DNA from: Betaproteobacteria bacterium
Lineage (GTDB): Bacteria > Pseudomonadota > Gammaproteobacteria > Burkholderiales > JACQAP01
Direction of reading: 5' to 3'
Length of the DNA stretch: 49,326 nucleotides
Assembly (NCBI GenBank): GCA_025351455.1
Contig: JANXVW010000264.1
Span: 1 to 49,326 of the forward strand
Every line of letters begins with the position of its first letter. Within the stretch, counting starts at the first letter, position 1. The notes under the pieces were generated by a model. The model did no database searches. It saw nothing but the letters and a program-made list of their open reading frames with translations, and was not told the origin of the DNA. The translations under genes were made by a program, and so were the position numbers. This document shows positions 28,978-38,864 of this stretch, in pieces.

Positions 28978-30129
28978 TCATCGAAACACTGCGGCTGCGG
29001 CAGGGGCGCGATTTGCGCAAAGGTTCGCAAGCAGTTGTTCATAGCGATCCACCATCGCTTTTTCCGAGAACATCGCTTCGACCCGCGCGCGCGCCAGGTT
29101 GCCCATGCGTTTGCGCTGCGCGGGATCGGTCAGTCGCGCCAGACGATCGACGAGCGCGCCGGTATCGCCGACCGGGAACAGATAGCCGTCTTCACCCGGC
29201 CGGATCATTTCCGCGGCACCGCCGACATCGGAATGCACAAACGGCTTGCCCATGGCCATCGCCTCGATCGCCGCCAGGGAAAAAGCTTCCGTCAGGCTGC
29301 ACAACACCATGGCGTCGCACATCGCAACATAGGGTCGGACGTCGCGCTGGAATCCCGTGATCACGATGTCGTCCGCGACCTTGCGCTCACGCGCGCGGGC
29401 CTCGATGGCTTCGCGCTGGCCTCCATCGCCTATCATCAGAACGCGGGCCCGGATGCCCATGCCGCGCAAAAGCGCAAGCGCGTCGACCAGTTGCACATGG
29501 TTCTTTTCCGGGGAGAGTCGCGCCGATATGCCGATTACGAAATCCGCTTCGGAAAACCCGAGCGCGTTGCGCAACCGCGCGCGGTCCGCCGGGCCCGACC
29601 GGTCGCGGAACGCCTCGGTGTCGACGCCGTTGTAGATCATCTCGTTGCGACGCGAGAACACACCCCGCAGAAGCCAGCGCCGCCTTTGCTTTTCACAGAC
29701 GAAGACCGAGCACTCCGCAGTCCAGAAGAACAGGCGGTAGAGCACCATCTGGAGCTGCTCTTTTGCTCCGATCAGGGTCGAGTGATACGTGACAACCAGC
29801 GGCACGCGCCGGCCCGAAAGTCGCAGCGCGAGCCAGGAATACATCAGCGCATAGGGATTGGCGGCCACGATCACGGATGGCCCGATGCGGGCGATGTGCG
29901 CCCTGAGACGCGCCAGCGCGCGCAAGTCCAGATACCGGGTGGCGCCGAGGCAATGCACCGTTTCCGCTTCGCCCGACCGGATGCTGTCGATCAGGCTGGG
30001 CTGTGCGTCCTTGACAGGGACCATGTGGCACTCATGGCCGCGCGCGACCAGGCCATTCAAGACGGTTACCGCGTGGCGCTCGGCCCCGCCAGGAGTGAGC
30101 GACCCCGTGACAAAAATCGCGCGCAGCAT
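28978..30129 (-). CDS. GT4 glycosyltransferase
   Basis: 'GGAERH', 'IYNGVD', 'ARLSPEKNH', 'EAFSLAAIEAMAMGKP'. Start reassigned to ATG 30129. Confidence 0.88.
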   Translation of the reverse strand: MLRAIFVTGSLTPGGAERHAVTVLNGLVARGHECHMVPVKDAQPSLIDSIRSGEAETVHCLGATRYLDLRALARLRAHIARIGPSVIVAANPYALMYSWLALRLSGRRVPLVVTYHSTLIGAKEQLQMVLYRLFFWTAECSVFVCEKQRRRWLLRGVFSRRNEMIYNGVDTEAFRDRSGPADRARLRNALGFSEADFVIGISARLSPEKNHVQLVDALALLRGMGIRARVLMIGDGGQREAIEARARERKVADDIVITGFQRDVRPYVAMCDAMVLCSLTEAFSLAAIEAMAMGKPFVHSDVGGAAEMIRPGEDGYLFPVGDTGALVDRLARLTDPAQRKRMGNLARARVEAMFSEKAMVDRYEQLLANLCANRAPAAAAVFR

Positions 30130-30232
30130 GGCGTCGCTCAAATTCTCAGTCCGGTGGACATCCCGGTTGCCGCGCATCGAATGCGTCGGACGAACGAAAT
30201 GGCGCCGCCGGCAGGCCGGCGATCGGCCGGGT

Positions 30233-31123
30233 TCAAAACGAGTTGAAAACGGTCCCGACGATATGAGCGCCCATGTCGCCCAATTCGCGGATGACGGTCT
30301 TGGTATCGGCAAGGCGGGTGGTGTCCTTGCGTGCCACCACCAAGGCGTTGCCGGCCCGGAAAGCCACTGCCTGCGCATCCGCGTAAGCCCGCGCCGGCGC
30401 GGTATCGATGAGAATGACATCGAACTCGGTGCGCAATTCGTGCAGCAGAACGCCCAACCCCAGGCCCGCCAGCAATTCCTGCGGGTTCGGGGGTCGCGCG
30501 CCGGCGGGCAACAGCGAAAGCGCGCCGAACTCCGGAACCGAAGCAATCGCACTACGGCCCGCGCGTCCGGAGAGCACCGCGGACAAGCCGACGCGATCGG
30601 AAATATTGAAAATCTGATGCTGGCGCGGATTGCGCAGGTCAGCGTCGATCAGAAGCGTGCGTTCGCCAAGCTGCGAGAAAGCGACGGCCAGGTTGGCGGC
30701 GACATAGCTGCGCCCTTCGCCGGCGCCCGGACTGACGATCGCAAGAACCCGGTGCTTGACCCCGGCCCTGGACCAGCGGATCAGTAACTGGGTCCGCAGT
30801 CCGCGCAATTCTTCGGCGCGCGGGTTGAACGGATCCTGCGCGATGACGAGTTCGTCACTGAAGCTGTCCTTGCCGGGAAGCAGATGCGGAAGGTTGTATT
30901 GCTTCGCGATGGCGCCATGCAGGTCATCGATATTGATCAGGCCCAGGCGAAGCGCGGCGTCGCCGAATCTCAAGCCCTCCATGTGCTGCAGTTGCATCAC
31001 CCGCTGGATGTCTGCAGCGTCGAGCCGGCCTTCCTCCGCGAGGATGCTTCCGATCCGGCGGTCGCCTCGCACGAGGGAGACGCTGGATCCTTCGATAGGC
31101 AGAACATTTTCCTGGGGAGTCAT
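30233..31123 (-). CDS. epsG: Chain length determinant tyrosine-kinase EpsG
   Basis: 'IGSILAEEGRL', 'EELRGLRTQL', Walker A-like 'GEGRS', 'LIDADLR', 'ILIDT'; directly follows epsF. Confidence 0.88.
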   Translation of the reverse strand: MTPQENVLPIEGSSVSLVRGDRRIGSILAEEGRLDAADIQRVMQLQHMEGLRFGDAALRLGLINIDDLHGAIAKQYNLPHLLPGKDSFSDELVIAQDPFNPRAEELRGLRTQLLIRWSRAGVKHRVLAIVSPGAGEGRSYVAANLAVAFSQLGERTLLIDADLRNPRQHQIFNISDRVGLSAVLSGRAGRSAIASVPEFGALSLLPAGARPPNPQELLAGLGLGVLLHELRTEFDVILIDTAPARAYADAQAVAFRAGNALVVARKDTTRLADTKTVIRELGDMGAHIVGTVFNSF

Positions 31124-31132
31124 GGATTTTCC

Positions 31133-32560
31133 TCAGCCCGGATTGGGCAATCGGGGACGGTTGCTGCCGGACCAGCCAAGCAGGCGTTGCGCAGCGGGCG
31201 CGCGCTCGTTGAGCACGGCAAGCAGCGGCACTTCCAGTTCGAGATCGTTGCGTGAGCGCACCCTGCGGTCGAGCAGTTCCAGCAGCATGACCATTGCGAT
31301 GCCGAGGATCGTTCCGACGACCACCGACAGCGCGATGTTCAGGAAAATCTTGGGGCGCGAATGTTTGCGTGGCACGGCCGCCGGATTCAGCACCAGGACA
31401 CTGGTCTGGTTGACGCGGCTGTCGACCTGGCTGCTGACGGAGCGCTGCATGGCCGTGTCGTAGGCCCGTTCGGCAGACTCCACGTTGCGCCTGAGCACCG
31501 TCAGCTCGTTGCGACCTTCCTTGAGCGCGAGGACGCGCGCACGCTGTGCGTCCATGGCTTTGCGGGTTTGCGCTTCGCGCTGGCGGCTCTGCTGCGCGGA
31601 GCCCGCGATACCGGCCACGATTTTTTTCATTTCCGCGTCGAGTTTGTCGCGCAGGCTCCGGTTTTCGGCCACCTGACGCTGGTATTGCGGATAGTTGACG
31701 CCGTAGTTGGCGCTCAGATCCTGCAGTCTCGCTTCACCGTGCAGCAAATCCTCCTTCAGGCGCTGGATGAACGGATTGCCGAGAATTTCCGGTATTTTGT
31801 CCGGGGACTCGCCCCGGTTCGCAAAGGTATGCGCCTGCTCCTCCCGGGATTTCCATTCGAACGTCTGTTCCTGCGCCCTGCCCACCTGCTCCGAAAGCAC
31901 CGCCAGTCGCGTGCTCTCGATGTCGCCGCGTTCATCGGGCGAGACGATTCCCTGGCGCTGGTGATAGTCGGTGAGCTTGGCCTGGGCCTCTTCGAGATGG
32001 GATCGCAGGGTTTTGAGCTGTTCGTCGAACCACGCGGCCGCCTTCTGGGTCGGCTCCACGCGCAACTCTAGCGTCGTATCGATATAGGCCTTGGCGAAGC
32101 CGTTGGCGATATCCGCCGACAAGCGCGGTTCGCGAGATGAATAGCTGACCCGGATTACGCTGCTTTGGGAGGTATCGACCTTGACGTTATCCAGCAGCCC
32201 TTCGATCAGCTTGTCTTCGATCGACCCGCCATTTTTGCCCGCTTCCTCGACCGCTTTCTGCGCCATCGGCCGTTGCGCAAGTTGCAAATCCCGCACCACC
32301 TTGCGCGCCACTTTCTCGCTGGTGATGATATCCAGTTGTGTCTGCAGGTAACTCGCCCTCTCCTGCGGCAAAACGAGCGGACGCAATACACTGTTGAGCG
32401 ACTGCTCCTCCTTCGCGTCGACCAGTAACGAGACCGTCGCCGTGTAGGATTTTGGAAGGAGGAAACTGACTGCCGCCGCGACAATGACGGTGACTGACAG
32501 GAGCAGCACAAACGCGCCCGCACGCGCGCGCAACGCCGAGAGGAACTGGTAGAGGTTCAT
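31133..32560 (-). CDS. epsF: Chain length determinant EpsF (Wzz/Wzc N-terminal-like)
   Basis: Two terminal TM segments, 'TQLDIITSEKVA', 'LELRVEP', coiled coil, 'LELLDRRVRS'. Confidence 0.88.
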   Translation of the reverse strand: MNLYQFLSALRARAGAFVLLLSVTVIVAAAVSFLLPKSYTATVSLLVDAKEEQSLNSVLRPLVLPQERASYLQTQLDIITSEKVARKVVRDLQLAQRPMAQKAVEEAGKNGGSIEDKLIEGLLDNVKVDTSQSSVIRVSYSSREPRLSADIANGFAKAYIDTTLELRVEPTQKAAAWFDEQLKTLRSHLEEAQAKLTDYHQRQGIVSPDERGDIESTRLAVLSEQVGRAQEQTFEWKSREEQAHTFANRGESPDKIPEILGNPFIQRLKEDLLHGEARLQDLSANYGVNYPQYQRQVAENRSLRDKLDAEMKKIVAGIAGSAQQSRQREAQTRKAMDAQRARVLALKEGRNELTVLRRNVESAERAYDTAMQRSVSSQVDSRVNQTSVLVLNPAAVPRKHSRPKIFLNIALSVVVGTILGIAMVMLLELLDRRVRSRNDLELEVPLLAVLNERAPAAQRLLGWSGSNRPRLPNPG

Positions 32561-32597
32561 ATGGTTACCGGATGTGCTTTGCTGTCGGTTGGACTGG

Positions 32598-33464
32598 CTA
32601 GAACAGGCTTTCCTTCACATAGATCACATCGCCGGGCCGCACGGGCTCGAAGAGCTTCGCTTCGATCTTGCGCACGCCCCCGCCGGTCTGGCGGCGGTGA
32701 ATCGTGAGGCCGCGATCGCTGCCGCGCGGCGTGAGCCCGCCTCCCAGCGTCAGCGCGTGCATGACAATCATATCGGGCTCCAGCCGGTAGACTCCCGCGC
32801 GCTGGACTTCTCCGTAGATGTAAAAAACGGGTGCATGCTGGACAAAAATCATGTCGCCGTTCTGGATCTCGATATTGGTGGACATGTCGCCCTTGGCGAT
32901 CATCTCCGCGATGTTGATCTCCCGCTTGTTCTCCAATCCTTTGCGGTTGCTCACCACGGTGACCGTGTCGGCCCCATCGGGACTGATGCCCCCGGCGAGC
33001 GCCACGATGTCAGTGATCGTCAGGCTGGCATCATCCAGCGCATAGCGCCCGGGGCGTGCAACGTTGCCAAGAACCGATACCTGCCGGCTGCGTACCTGGA
33101 TTACCGCGACGTTTACCTGAGGATTGTTCATGAAGTGCCCCTGCTTGAGTTGCGCCGCGATACGGCTTCCCGCATCCGCCGGGGTCTGCCCGGCAAGCGC
33201 AATCTCTCCGAGCAGCGGAAATACGATCGTCCCGCGCTCCGAGATTCGCACCTCGGTATTGAGATCCGGATTCTGGAATACGGTCACGCGTATGGTGTCG
33301 CCGACGCCGAGCGTCTCGCGCGAAGCAGCATCCGCCCCGATTGCGAACGCAAACAAGACAGCAGCGGCCAGCGCGGCGATCCATCGCGATGCTGGCCGGG
33401 CCGCGTTTGTGGCAAATAAACATCGGGGTCCTGTATGCCGTGCCAACTGGCTCTCGATTGTCAT
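32598..33464 (-). CDS. epsE: Polysaccharide export protein EpsE (Wza/SLBB)
   Basis: 'LGVGDTIRVTVFQNPDL', SLBB repeats, C-terminal 'DVIYVKESLF'. Start 33464 or 33479. Confidence 0.9.
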   Translation of the reverse strand: MTIESQLARHTGPRCLFATNAARPASRWIAALAAAVLFAFAIGADAASRETLGVGDTIRVTVFQNPDLNTEVRISERGTIVFPLLGEIALAGQTPADAGSRIAAQLKQGHFMNNPQVNVAVIQVRSRQVSVLGNVARPGRYALDDASLTITDIVALAGGISPDGADTVTVVSNRKGLENKREINIAEMIAKGDMSTNIEIQNGDMIFVQHAPVFYIYGEVQRAGVYRLEPDMIVMHALTLGGGLTPRGSDRGLTIHRRQTGGGVRKIEAKLFEPVRPGDVIYVKESLF

Positions 33465-33492
33465 GTCCTGTCCTTCCATTTGGGAGAAGTGC

Positions 33493-34443
33493 CTACCTCA
33501 ATCTGGTGAGATCGCTTGTGTCGCGCGCCACGCCCGGGTCCGCGGTACGAAGGGGCGTCCGCGCGGCGACTTGCGTCACCGTTGCCGGGCGGACAGTCTC
33601 GGTGCCGTCGTGGCCGGCCTTCGCCTTTTCGCGCAACTTTTCGACTGCCGCCTGGACCAATTCGAGGCGCCTGTGGTTGAGAAGATATTTGGCGATCGCG
33701 GGTCCGGCCTGCTTCTCGCTGAGCGGAGCCTCGGTAACCTGCTCGAGGCGCAACACCGAAGCGCCGAGCGCATTGGGAAACATGGCGATCTGGCCATCGT
33801 GCATCACGAAGAGCCGCTGCAGGATATTCATCGGGATCTGTTCCGCGGTCCTGCTGGACACGGCCGCTTCGAAGGAAAGCTTCCGGGAATCGAGCCATCG
33901 CACGACCTCGGCGAGGTCTTTCGCCCCTGCCACCACATCCTGCAACGCGCCGAGTTGGGCCGGCGCGACGACAACCACCAGCTCAAGCACGCGATAGAGC
34001 CGGCGTTGCCCGAATAGCGCCGGATTCTCTGCGTAGAATTTGCCGATTTCCCGCGGACTCGCCTGCGGCGCGGAAGGAACGGTCCGCTCAACATAGGCCT
34101 GCGCGAGGATCTGCCGCCTTGCGCCTTCGATCGCCTGCGCGACTTGAGCGTCGCGATCCAGCCTGCTTTGCACCGCCTCCTGCGCCAGCAACTCCTGGTC
34201 GGCCGCCCGCACCGGGGCAGGCACGGCAGGCCGCGCAGACGGCGTGCGCATTACGCTTTCGTCTTGTGCCTGGTCGCCTCTCAATCGCGCCGCCGAAACT
34301 GTCTCGCTGCCGGACTGCGCGCCGATCCGGCTGAAGGGTTTACCGATGTCGGGCTTGCCACACGAACACAGGGCCAATGCGACGGCCGTCCACAGGGTAA
34401 GGACGCGAAGTTTTTTGACCATGGCTGGGTTTGCGCGATGCAT
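33493..34443 (-). CDS. epsD: EpsD family peptidyl-prolyl isomerase-like lipoprotein
   Basis: Lipobox 'LCSC'; 'DQELLAQEA...LDRD..V.QAIE.ARRQILAQAY'; 'YAENPALF..RRLY'. Start 34443 or 34422. Confidence 0.8.
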   Translation of the reverse strand: MHRANPAMVKKLRVLTLWTAVALALCSCGKPDIGKPFSRIGAQSGSETVSAARLRGDQAQDESVMRTPSARPAVPAPVRAADQELLAQEAVQSRLDRDAQVAQAIEGARRQILAQAYVERTVPSAPQASPREIGKFYAENPALFGQRRLYRVLELVVVVAPAQLGALQDVVAGAKDLAEVVRWLDSRKLSFEAAVSSRTAEQIPMNILQRLFVMHDGQIAMFPNALGASVLRLEQVTEAPLSEKQAGPAIAKYLLNHRRLELVQAAVEKLREKAKAGHDGTETVRPATVTQVAARTPLRTADPGVARDTSDLTRLR

Positions 34444-34622
34444 ATCGTCGTGCGATTTTGGCAGTGGTTGAAACCGTTCGATCGGATGGAGCCGTGCCGT
34501 ACAAATGCGATCCAATACTAAAGGTGCGATGTTTATCGGTGACCTTCTGACATGGTCCGAACGGACCATCCGTCTCCTGTTTGACTGTTTTCGACCGCCT
34601 GTCCCGGCGCGGCTGCGGCCCC

Positions 34623-35162
34623 TCAGTCCGCGAACGAACCGCGCTTGCGCCTGGCCATGAACGCCACGACGACCACGCCGCAAAGCAGCGTCATCCAGTC
34701 GGTGGGTTCAGGCATGTTGGCGGACGCAAACAGGAATCGCGCATCGGCAGGCGAACGCGATGCGCCGGACCGGGATGCAAAAAGTTCGTCGGCAACAGCA
34801 AGCGCGGACAAATCGCCGAAGGCGCCATTCATCGCGGATAACTCTCCCAGCAACGATGGGGTGGCATTCACCCCGGCGAGCCGCTTCGGCATCGTTTCGG
34901 CGACATTGGAAAGTTCGGAAAAGGTACCGGCACGCACGCGGCCGGTCGCATCGCCCGCCGGCCGCAAGGTCTGCCCTGCGTCCGACAGGTTGACGATTTC
35001 CGCAAATGAATACGAAGCCGAAATACCGGATGTGAAGCGGGGACTGGGGTTCGCTGGCTCGGCAACTGCGGCATCGGTGATCTCGCCGGCCGCTTCGGCG
35101 CGGGCCAATCCCAGCGCGCCCATCACTGCGGCAACCATCAACAGTTTTTTCAGGGTGTTCAT
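34623..35162 (-). CDS. PEP-CTERM-like sorted surface protein
   Basis: Signal peptide 'MNTLKKLL...ARA'; C-terminal 'MPEPTDWMTLLCGVVVVAFMARRKR' (PEP + TM + basic cluster); RBS GGAGGA. Confidence 0.75.
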   Translation of the reverse strand: MNTLKKLLMVAAVMGALGLARAEAAGEITDAAVAEPANPSPRFTSGISASYSFAEIVNLSDAGQTLRPAGDATGRVRAGTFSELSNVAETMPKRLAGVNATPSLLGELSAMNGAFGDLSALAVADELFASRSGASRSPADARFLFASANMPEPTDWMTLLCGVVVVAFMARRKRGSFAD

Positions 35163-35456
35163 GCTTCCTCCAGCAACTGCGTTTCCTTTCGGAGCCGCCG
35201 TTCGTGCAAGGCGCTCCTTCCTCCGCGTTTTGGGATGCGCCGAGATGCATCGGATTGTTCACCTGCGCGGTGTGGCCGAACGCCGGGCCGAACACGGGAC
35301 CAAACGTCAGACCACCCGCAAGACCATGCTATGCGTGACCGATTACACAGGTATATCGCCCGGCGACGTCAACAACGCGCCGAACGGACCACGTCGGATG
35401 CACGCAAAGGCGACAAGCGTTCAACGGACACCGGCTCCGCGCCGCGGGCGCGGATT

Positions 35457-36401
35457 TCACAGACTCAGAATGCGCAATTCCAGCGCCTTGCCGACCGCCT
35501 GCGCGCGATTGACCACGTTGAGTTTGCGTAATATTTTCTGCACATGATTCTTGACTGTCAGAGGACTGATGTTGAGGATGGCGCCGATCTCGAAATTGCT
35601 TTTCCCCAGATAGATCCATCTCAGGATTTCCCGCTCCCTGGGCGTGATGGTGCTCGTGCGCGCCGGTTTGGGAACATCATTGCCTCTGGCGCGCCCGTTC
35701 ATGCGGCTGCGTATCCAGGCCGCATGCAGAAACGGCACCACCAGTTGCACGAAATAGGCCTGCCGGTGCGTGTCCGCTCCCGGTGCGCAGGCAAATATGA
35801 AGAAACTCGCCGCCGCGCCTTCGGCGTCATGGGTCCCGTGGGCGACGACGTGCGTTGCCCCTGCCCGCTCCAGTTCCCTTGCGAATGTGCCCCCGGCCAA
35901 CGCGCTCAGGTCTGCCAACGCGCAAACCACGGGACGAAAGCGGCGCTCTTCCCATGCCTTGATGAAGCCAGGGGCAGCCGGTGCATCGCGCAGGAAAGCT
36001 TCGCTGAAGATTGCAGGGTCCGCCGCGTTCATGGCAAAGCTGTCAACGGAAAGCGCGATCCCTTCACCGCCGCGCAGTGCGCAGACCAGCACTTCATGCC
36101 TGATCAGGCTTTGCAGCAGGCCCTGGGTCCAGCTGAAGAAGTGCGGTCGCGAATGCACCCTGACGGAGTTCTCCATGTTTAGTATCAGGCACTCCTGCTC
36201 GACGGCGTACAGCGACTGCCCGGAGTCCGCCGTGACGTCTTTTTCCGCGGCCGGATCGGCGGCAAGTGCGGCCTCGGGTACATAGTGCTGCGTCATTTTG
36301 GGTGTGATCAGTTGCATCGCGCCTTTACCGTCGGAAGCCAGAAGGGGGTGGGGAAATGGTTCGCCTGCGGTTTGCATGAAAAGGGAATGGCTATCCGTCA
36401 T
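35457..36401 (-). CDS. epsA: LuxR-family regulator EpsA (PEP-CTERM/EPS associated)
   Basis: 'HFFSWTQGLLQSLIRHEVLVC'; HTH 'TPREREILRW...GKSNFEIGAILNISPLTVKNHVQKILRKLNVVNRAQAV'. Start uncertain. Confidence 0.85.
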   Translation of the reverse strand: MTDSHSLFMQTAGEPFPHPLLASDGKGAMQLITPKMTQHYVPEAALAADPAAEKDVTADSGQSLYAVEQECLILNMENSVRVHSRPHFFSWTQGLLQSLIRHEVLVCALRGGEGIALSVDSFAMNAADPAIFSEAFLRDAPAAPGFIKAWEERRFRPVVCALADLSALAGGTFARELERAGATHVVAHGTHDAEGAAASFFIFACAPGADTHRQAYFVQLVVPFLHAAWIRSRMNGRARGNDVPKPARTSTITPREREILRWIYLGKSNFEIGAILNISPLTVKNHVQKILRKLNVVNRAQAVGKALELRILSL

Positions 36402-36583
36402 GTGCGACGCGGCGCGCGCGCAGTCACGTTCACGATTCGGGAAGACATTCCGCTGCGTAGTCCAATGGGGCTATCGCACAAGCTTTCGCGCTGCATCAAG
36501 GGGCACCTCGTCTGTTCTAAGCTGTCTGCACATCGGGATCCTGACGAAATCATTTATCTACTCTCACTCTTCTCACTCTCACT

Positions 36584-37999
36584 GTGCCGACCATTCCACC
36601 CTTGCCTGCCTTCCACGATGCCCAGCCCCGTCTGTCGCTCAGCAAGCTCGGCCTTGTCGCCCTGCTGCGTAGCGCGATCGATCCGGCGGTAGCGATCGGC
36701 ATCCTCGTCATCTCGGCGCTCTGGTTCGAAGGCCGGTTCGATGGTCCCTACCTGATTCTGGCGCTGCTCGTGTTCCCGATGACGTATCCGAACAGCCTGC
36801 CGCGCGGCGCTTCCGACTCCGGCGCCCTGGTGCGCAACGTCGTAACGGGGTGGCTCTCCATGATTGCGTTGTTGATGCTGATCGGATGGGTTTCGGGAAC
36901 GCTGAATGCATTCGACCAGCGTGCGATCCTTGCATGGCTTGTCGTCACCCCGCCGGCACTGTTCGCGGCCCACCGCCTGATCGGAGCGGTCATGCCACGA
37001 ATGCTTGCTGCCGAAGGCCTGCAACGCACCGCCGTCATTGCGGGAGCGAATGAGACAGGATGCAGACTCGCGGAGCGCATAGCGGCCAATCCGTTCCTCG
37101 GAACCCGGGTATCCGGTTACTTTGACGACCGAGGAACGCAACGGATGGATCATTTGCGCCGTGGCCCCAGTCTTGGCTCACTGAGCCAGCTCGCCGAGTA
37201 CGTGAAAGCCCATCACGTCGACCTCATCTATATCGCGCTGCCGATGGCTTCGCAGCCCCGCATCCTGAGGTTGCTGGAGGAACTCCACGATACGACCGCT
37301 TCGATCTATTTCGCTCCGGATGTTCACTTGTTCGACCTGGTGCAGGCGCGGGTCGACACCATCGGAGGCTTGCCCATCGTTGCCGTGCGCGAATCGCCTT
37401 TCTACGGCGCCGATGGCCTGATCAAGCGCGCGAGCGACATCGTCCTTGCGTCCGCCATCCTGCTGGCCATCTCGCCGCTGATGATCGCCATCGCGATCGG
37501 CATAAAACTGAGTTCGCCGGGTCCCGTCCTGTTCAAACAGCGCCGTTACGGACTCGATGGCCGGGAAATCGTGGTCTACAAATTCCGCTCCATGAACGTG
37601 CTCGAGGATGGAGACGTAATCCGGCAGGCAACGCGCGGCGATCAGCGCGTGACGCGTTTCGGGGCATTTCTGCGTGCCTCGTCTCTCGACGAGTTGCCGC
37701 AGTTCATCAACGTGCTGCAGGGGCGCATGAGCGTCGTCGGCCCCCGTCCCCACGCCGTAGCCCACAACGAGATGTACCGCAAACTCATTCGCGGCTACAT
37801 GATCCGCCACAAGGTCAGGCCCGGCATTACCGGCCTGGCCCAGGTAAACGGGATGCGCGGCGAAACCAGTTCGATCGACAAAATGCAGATGCGCGTCGCA
37901 TACGACCTCGCCTACCTGCGGAGCTGGTCGTTGTCGCTCGACCTGCAGATCGTACTGAAGACGATCGTCGTGGTGCTGAGGGCGCGGAATGCTCATTGA
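36584..37999 (+). CDS. epsB: Undecaprenyl-phosphate glucose phosphotransferase (EpsB/WcaJ)
   Basis: 'KRASDI', 'FKQRRYGLDG', 'KFRSM', 'SLDELPQFINVLQGRMSVVGPRP', 'KVRPGITGLAQVNG'. Confidence 0.93.
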   Translation: MPTIPPLPAFHDAQPRLSLSKLGLVALLRSAIDPAVAIGILVISALWFEGRFDGPYLILALLVFPMTYPNSLPRGASDSGALVRNVVTGWLSMIALLMLIGWVSGTLNAFDQRAILAWLVVTPPALFAAHRLIGAVMPRMLAAEGLQRTAVIAGANETGCRLAERIAANPFLGTRVSGYFDDRGTQRMDHLRRGPSLGSLSQLAEYVKAHHVDLIYIALPMASQPRILRLLEELHDTTASIYFAPDVHLFDLVQARVDTIGGLPIVAVRESPFYGADGLIKRASDIVLASAILLAISPLMIAIAIGIKLSSPGPVLFKQRRYGLDGREIVVYKFRSMNVLEDGDVIRQATRGDQRVTRFGAFLRASSLDELPQFINVLQGRMSVVGPRPHAVAHNEMYRKLIRGYMIRHKVRPGITGLAQVNGMRGETSSIDKMQMRVAYDLAYLRSWSLSLDLQIVLKTIVVVLRARNAH

Positions 38000-38006
38000 G
38001 ACCATT

Positions 38007-38699
38007 TCAGGCCGCATCCGTCCGATAGCGATAGCCGAGTCCGCGCACCGTCTCGATCGCCTTGTCGTGTCCGGTGGGAGCCAGGCCCTGGCGCAGCCTG
38101 CGGATGTGGACGTCCACGGTGCGCTCTTCGACAAACGCATCATGGCCCCATATCTCATCGAGGAGCTTGGCCCGGCTGAAGATGCGGCCGACGTGGGTCA
38201 TGAAGAAATGAAGCAAACGAAACTCCGTGGTCCACAATTCGATTTCGCAGTCACCAGCCGTAATGCGGCGCGACGCCGGGTCAAGCTGGAGTCCCGCGAT
38301 CTCGATCACGTCGTCCGCCAGTTGCGGCGCGCGCCGGCGCATGACCGCCTTGATGCGTGCAAGCAACTCGCGACCGGAATACGGTTTTGTTACATAGTCG
38401 TCCGCTCCACCCTCCAGCGCCGCCACCTTGTCCTGCTCATCTGCGCGCTCGCTGATCAGGACGATCGAAATGTCGCGGGTACGCTGGTCGCTGCGAAGCC
38501 GGCGCGTGAAGGGCAGGCCGGGAATCCCGGGCAGCACCCAATCGAGCAGCACCAGATCGGGACGCCCCTCGCGCATGAGGACCTCGGCCTGGGCGACGTC
38601 GCCAGCGCAACGTACCTTGTATCCGGAACTCTGAAGATTGGCGGCCAGCAACTGCCGGGCCGGCGCTTCGTCTTCAACTACGAGAATCGAGCCGTACAT
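38007..38699 (-). CDS. PhoB-like OmpR-family response regulator (orphan paralogue)
   Basis: 'LLDWVLPG', 'GADDYVTKP', 'EFRLLHFFMTH', 'ERTVDVHIRRLR'. RBS AAGGAG before ATG 38699. Confidence 0.85.
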   Translation of the reverse strand: MYGSILVVEDEAPARQLLAANLQSSGYKVRCAGDVAQAEVLMREGRPDLVLLDWVLPGIPGLPFTRRLRSDQRTRDISIVLISERADEQDKVAALEGGADDYVTKPYSGRELLARIKAVMRRRAPQLADDVIEIAGLQLDPASRRITAGDCEIELWTTEFRLLHFFMTHVGRIFSRAKLLDEIWGHDAFVEERTVDVHIRRLRQGLAPTGHDKAIETVRGLGYRYRTDAA

Positions 38700-38815
38700 G
38701 GTGGACTTCTCCTTGATCATGGAATTCCCGAAGGCATCCCTGTGCGCCCCGCTCATTTTTGATTGCGGCCGTGGATCCCTGCGTACGACTACGGGAATTT
38801 GACCCGACCATCGTA
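38700..38815 (-). other. Conserved structured 5' leader, copy A
   Basis: Homologous to 41060-41166 and 42736-42836; ends in a cUUCGg hairpin followed by CCAUGAUCAAGGAG. Confidence 0.6.
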
Positions 38816-38821
38816 GAGGTG

Positions 38822-38864
38822 ACTATCCGCCCGCGTCGCCGGACGGTCCGTGCGCTTGCGCACA
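38822..38864 (-). promoter_or_regulatory. Putative class II CRP/FNR-type promoter, copy A
   Basis: Palindrome CGTGCG-CTTG-CGCACA (38849-38864), centre 29.5 bp from the first base of a minus-strand GATAGT (38827-38822). Confidence 0.65.

Noticed and set aside
30233-31123. EpsG Walker A 'GEGRS' (Arg for Lys) and no C-terminal Tyr cluster
   Set aside because: To my recollection this is common in the EpsG family, so it is not treated as a lesion.
35331-35349. CRP-like or PEP-CTERM-box-like sequence upstream of the PEP-CTERM gene
   Set aside because: Only a partial match, and no convincing sigma54 -24/-12 element found.
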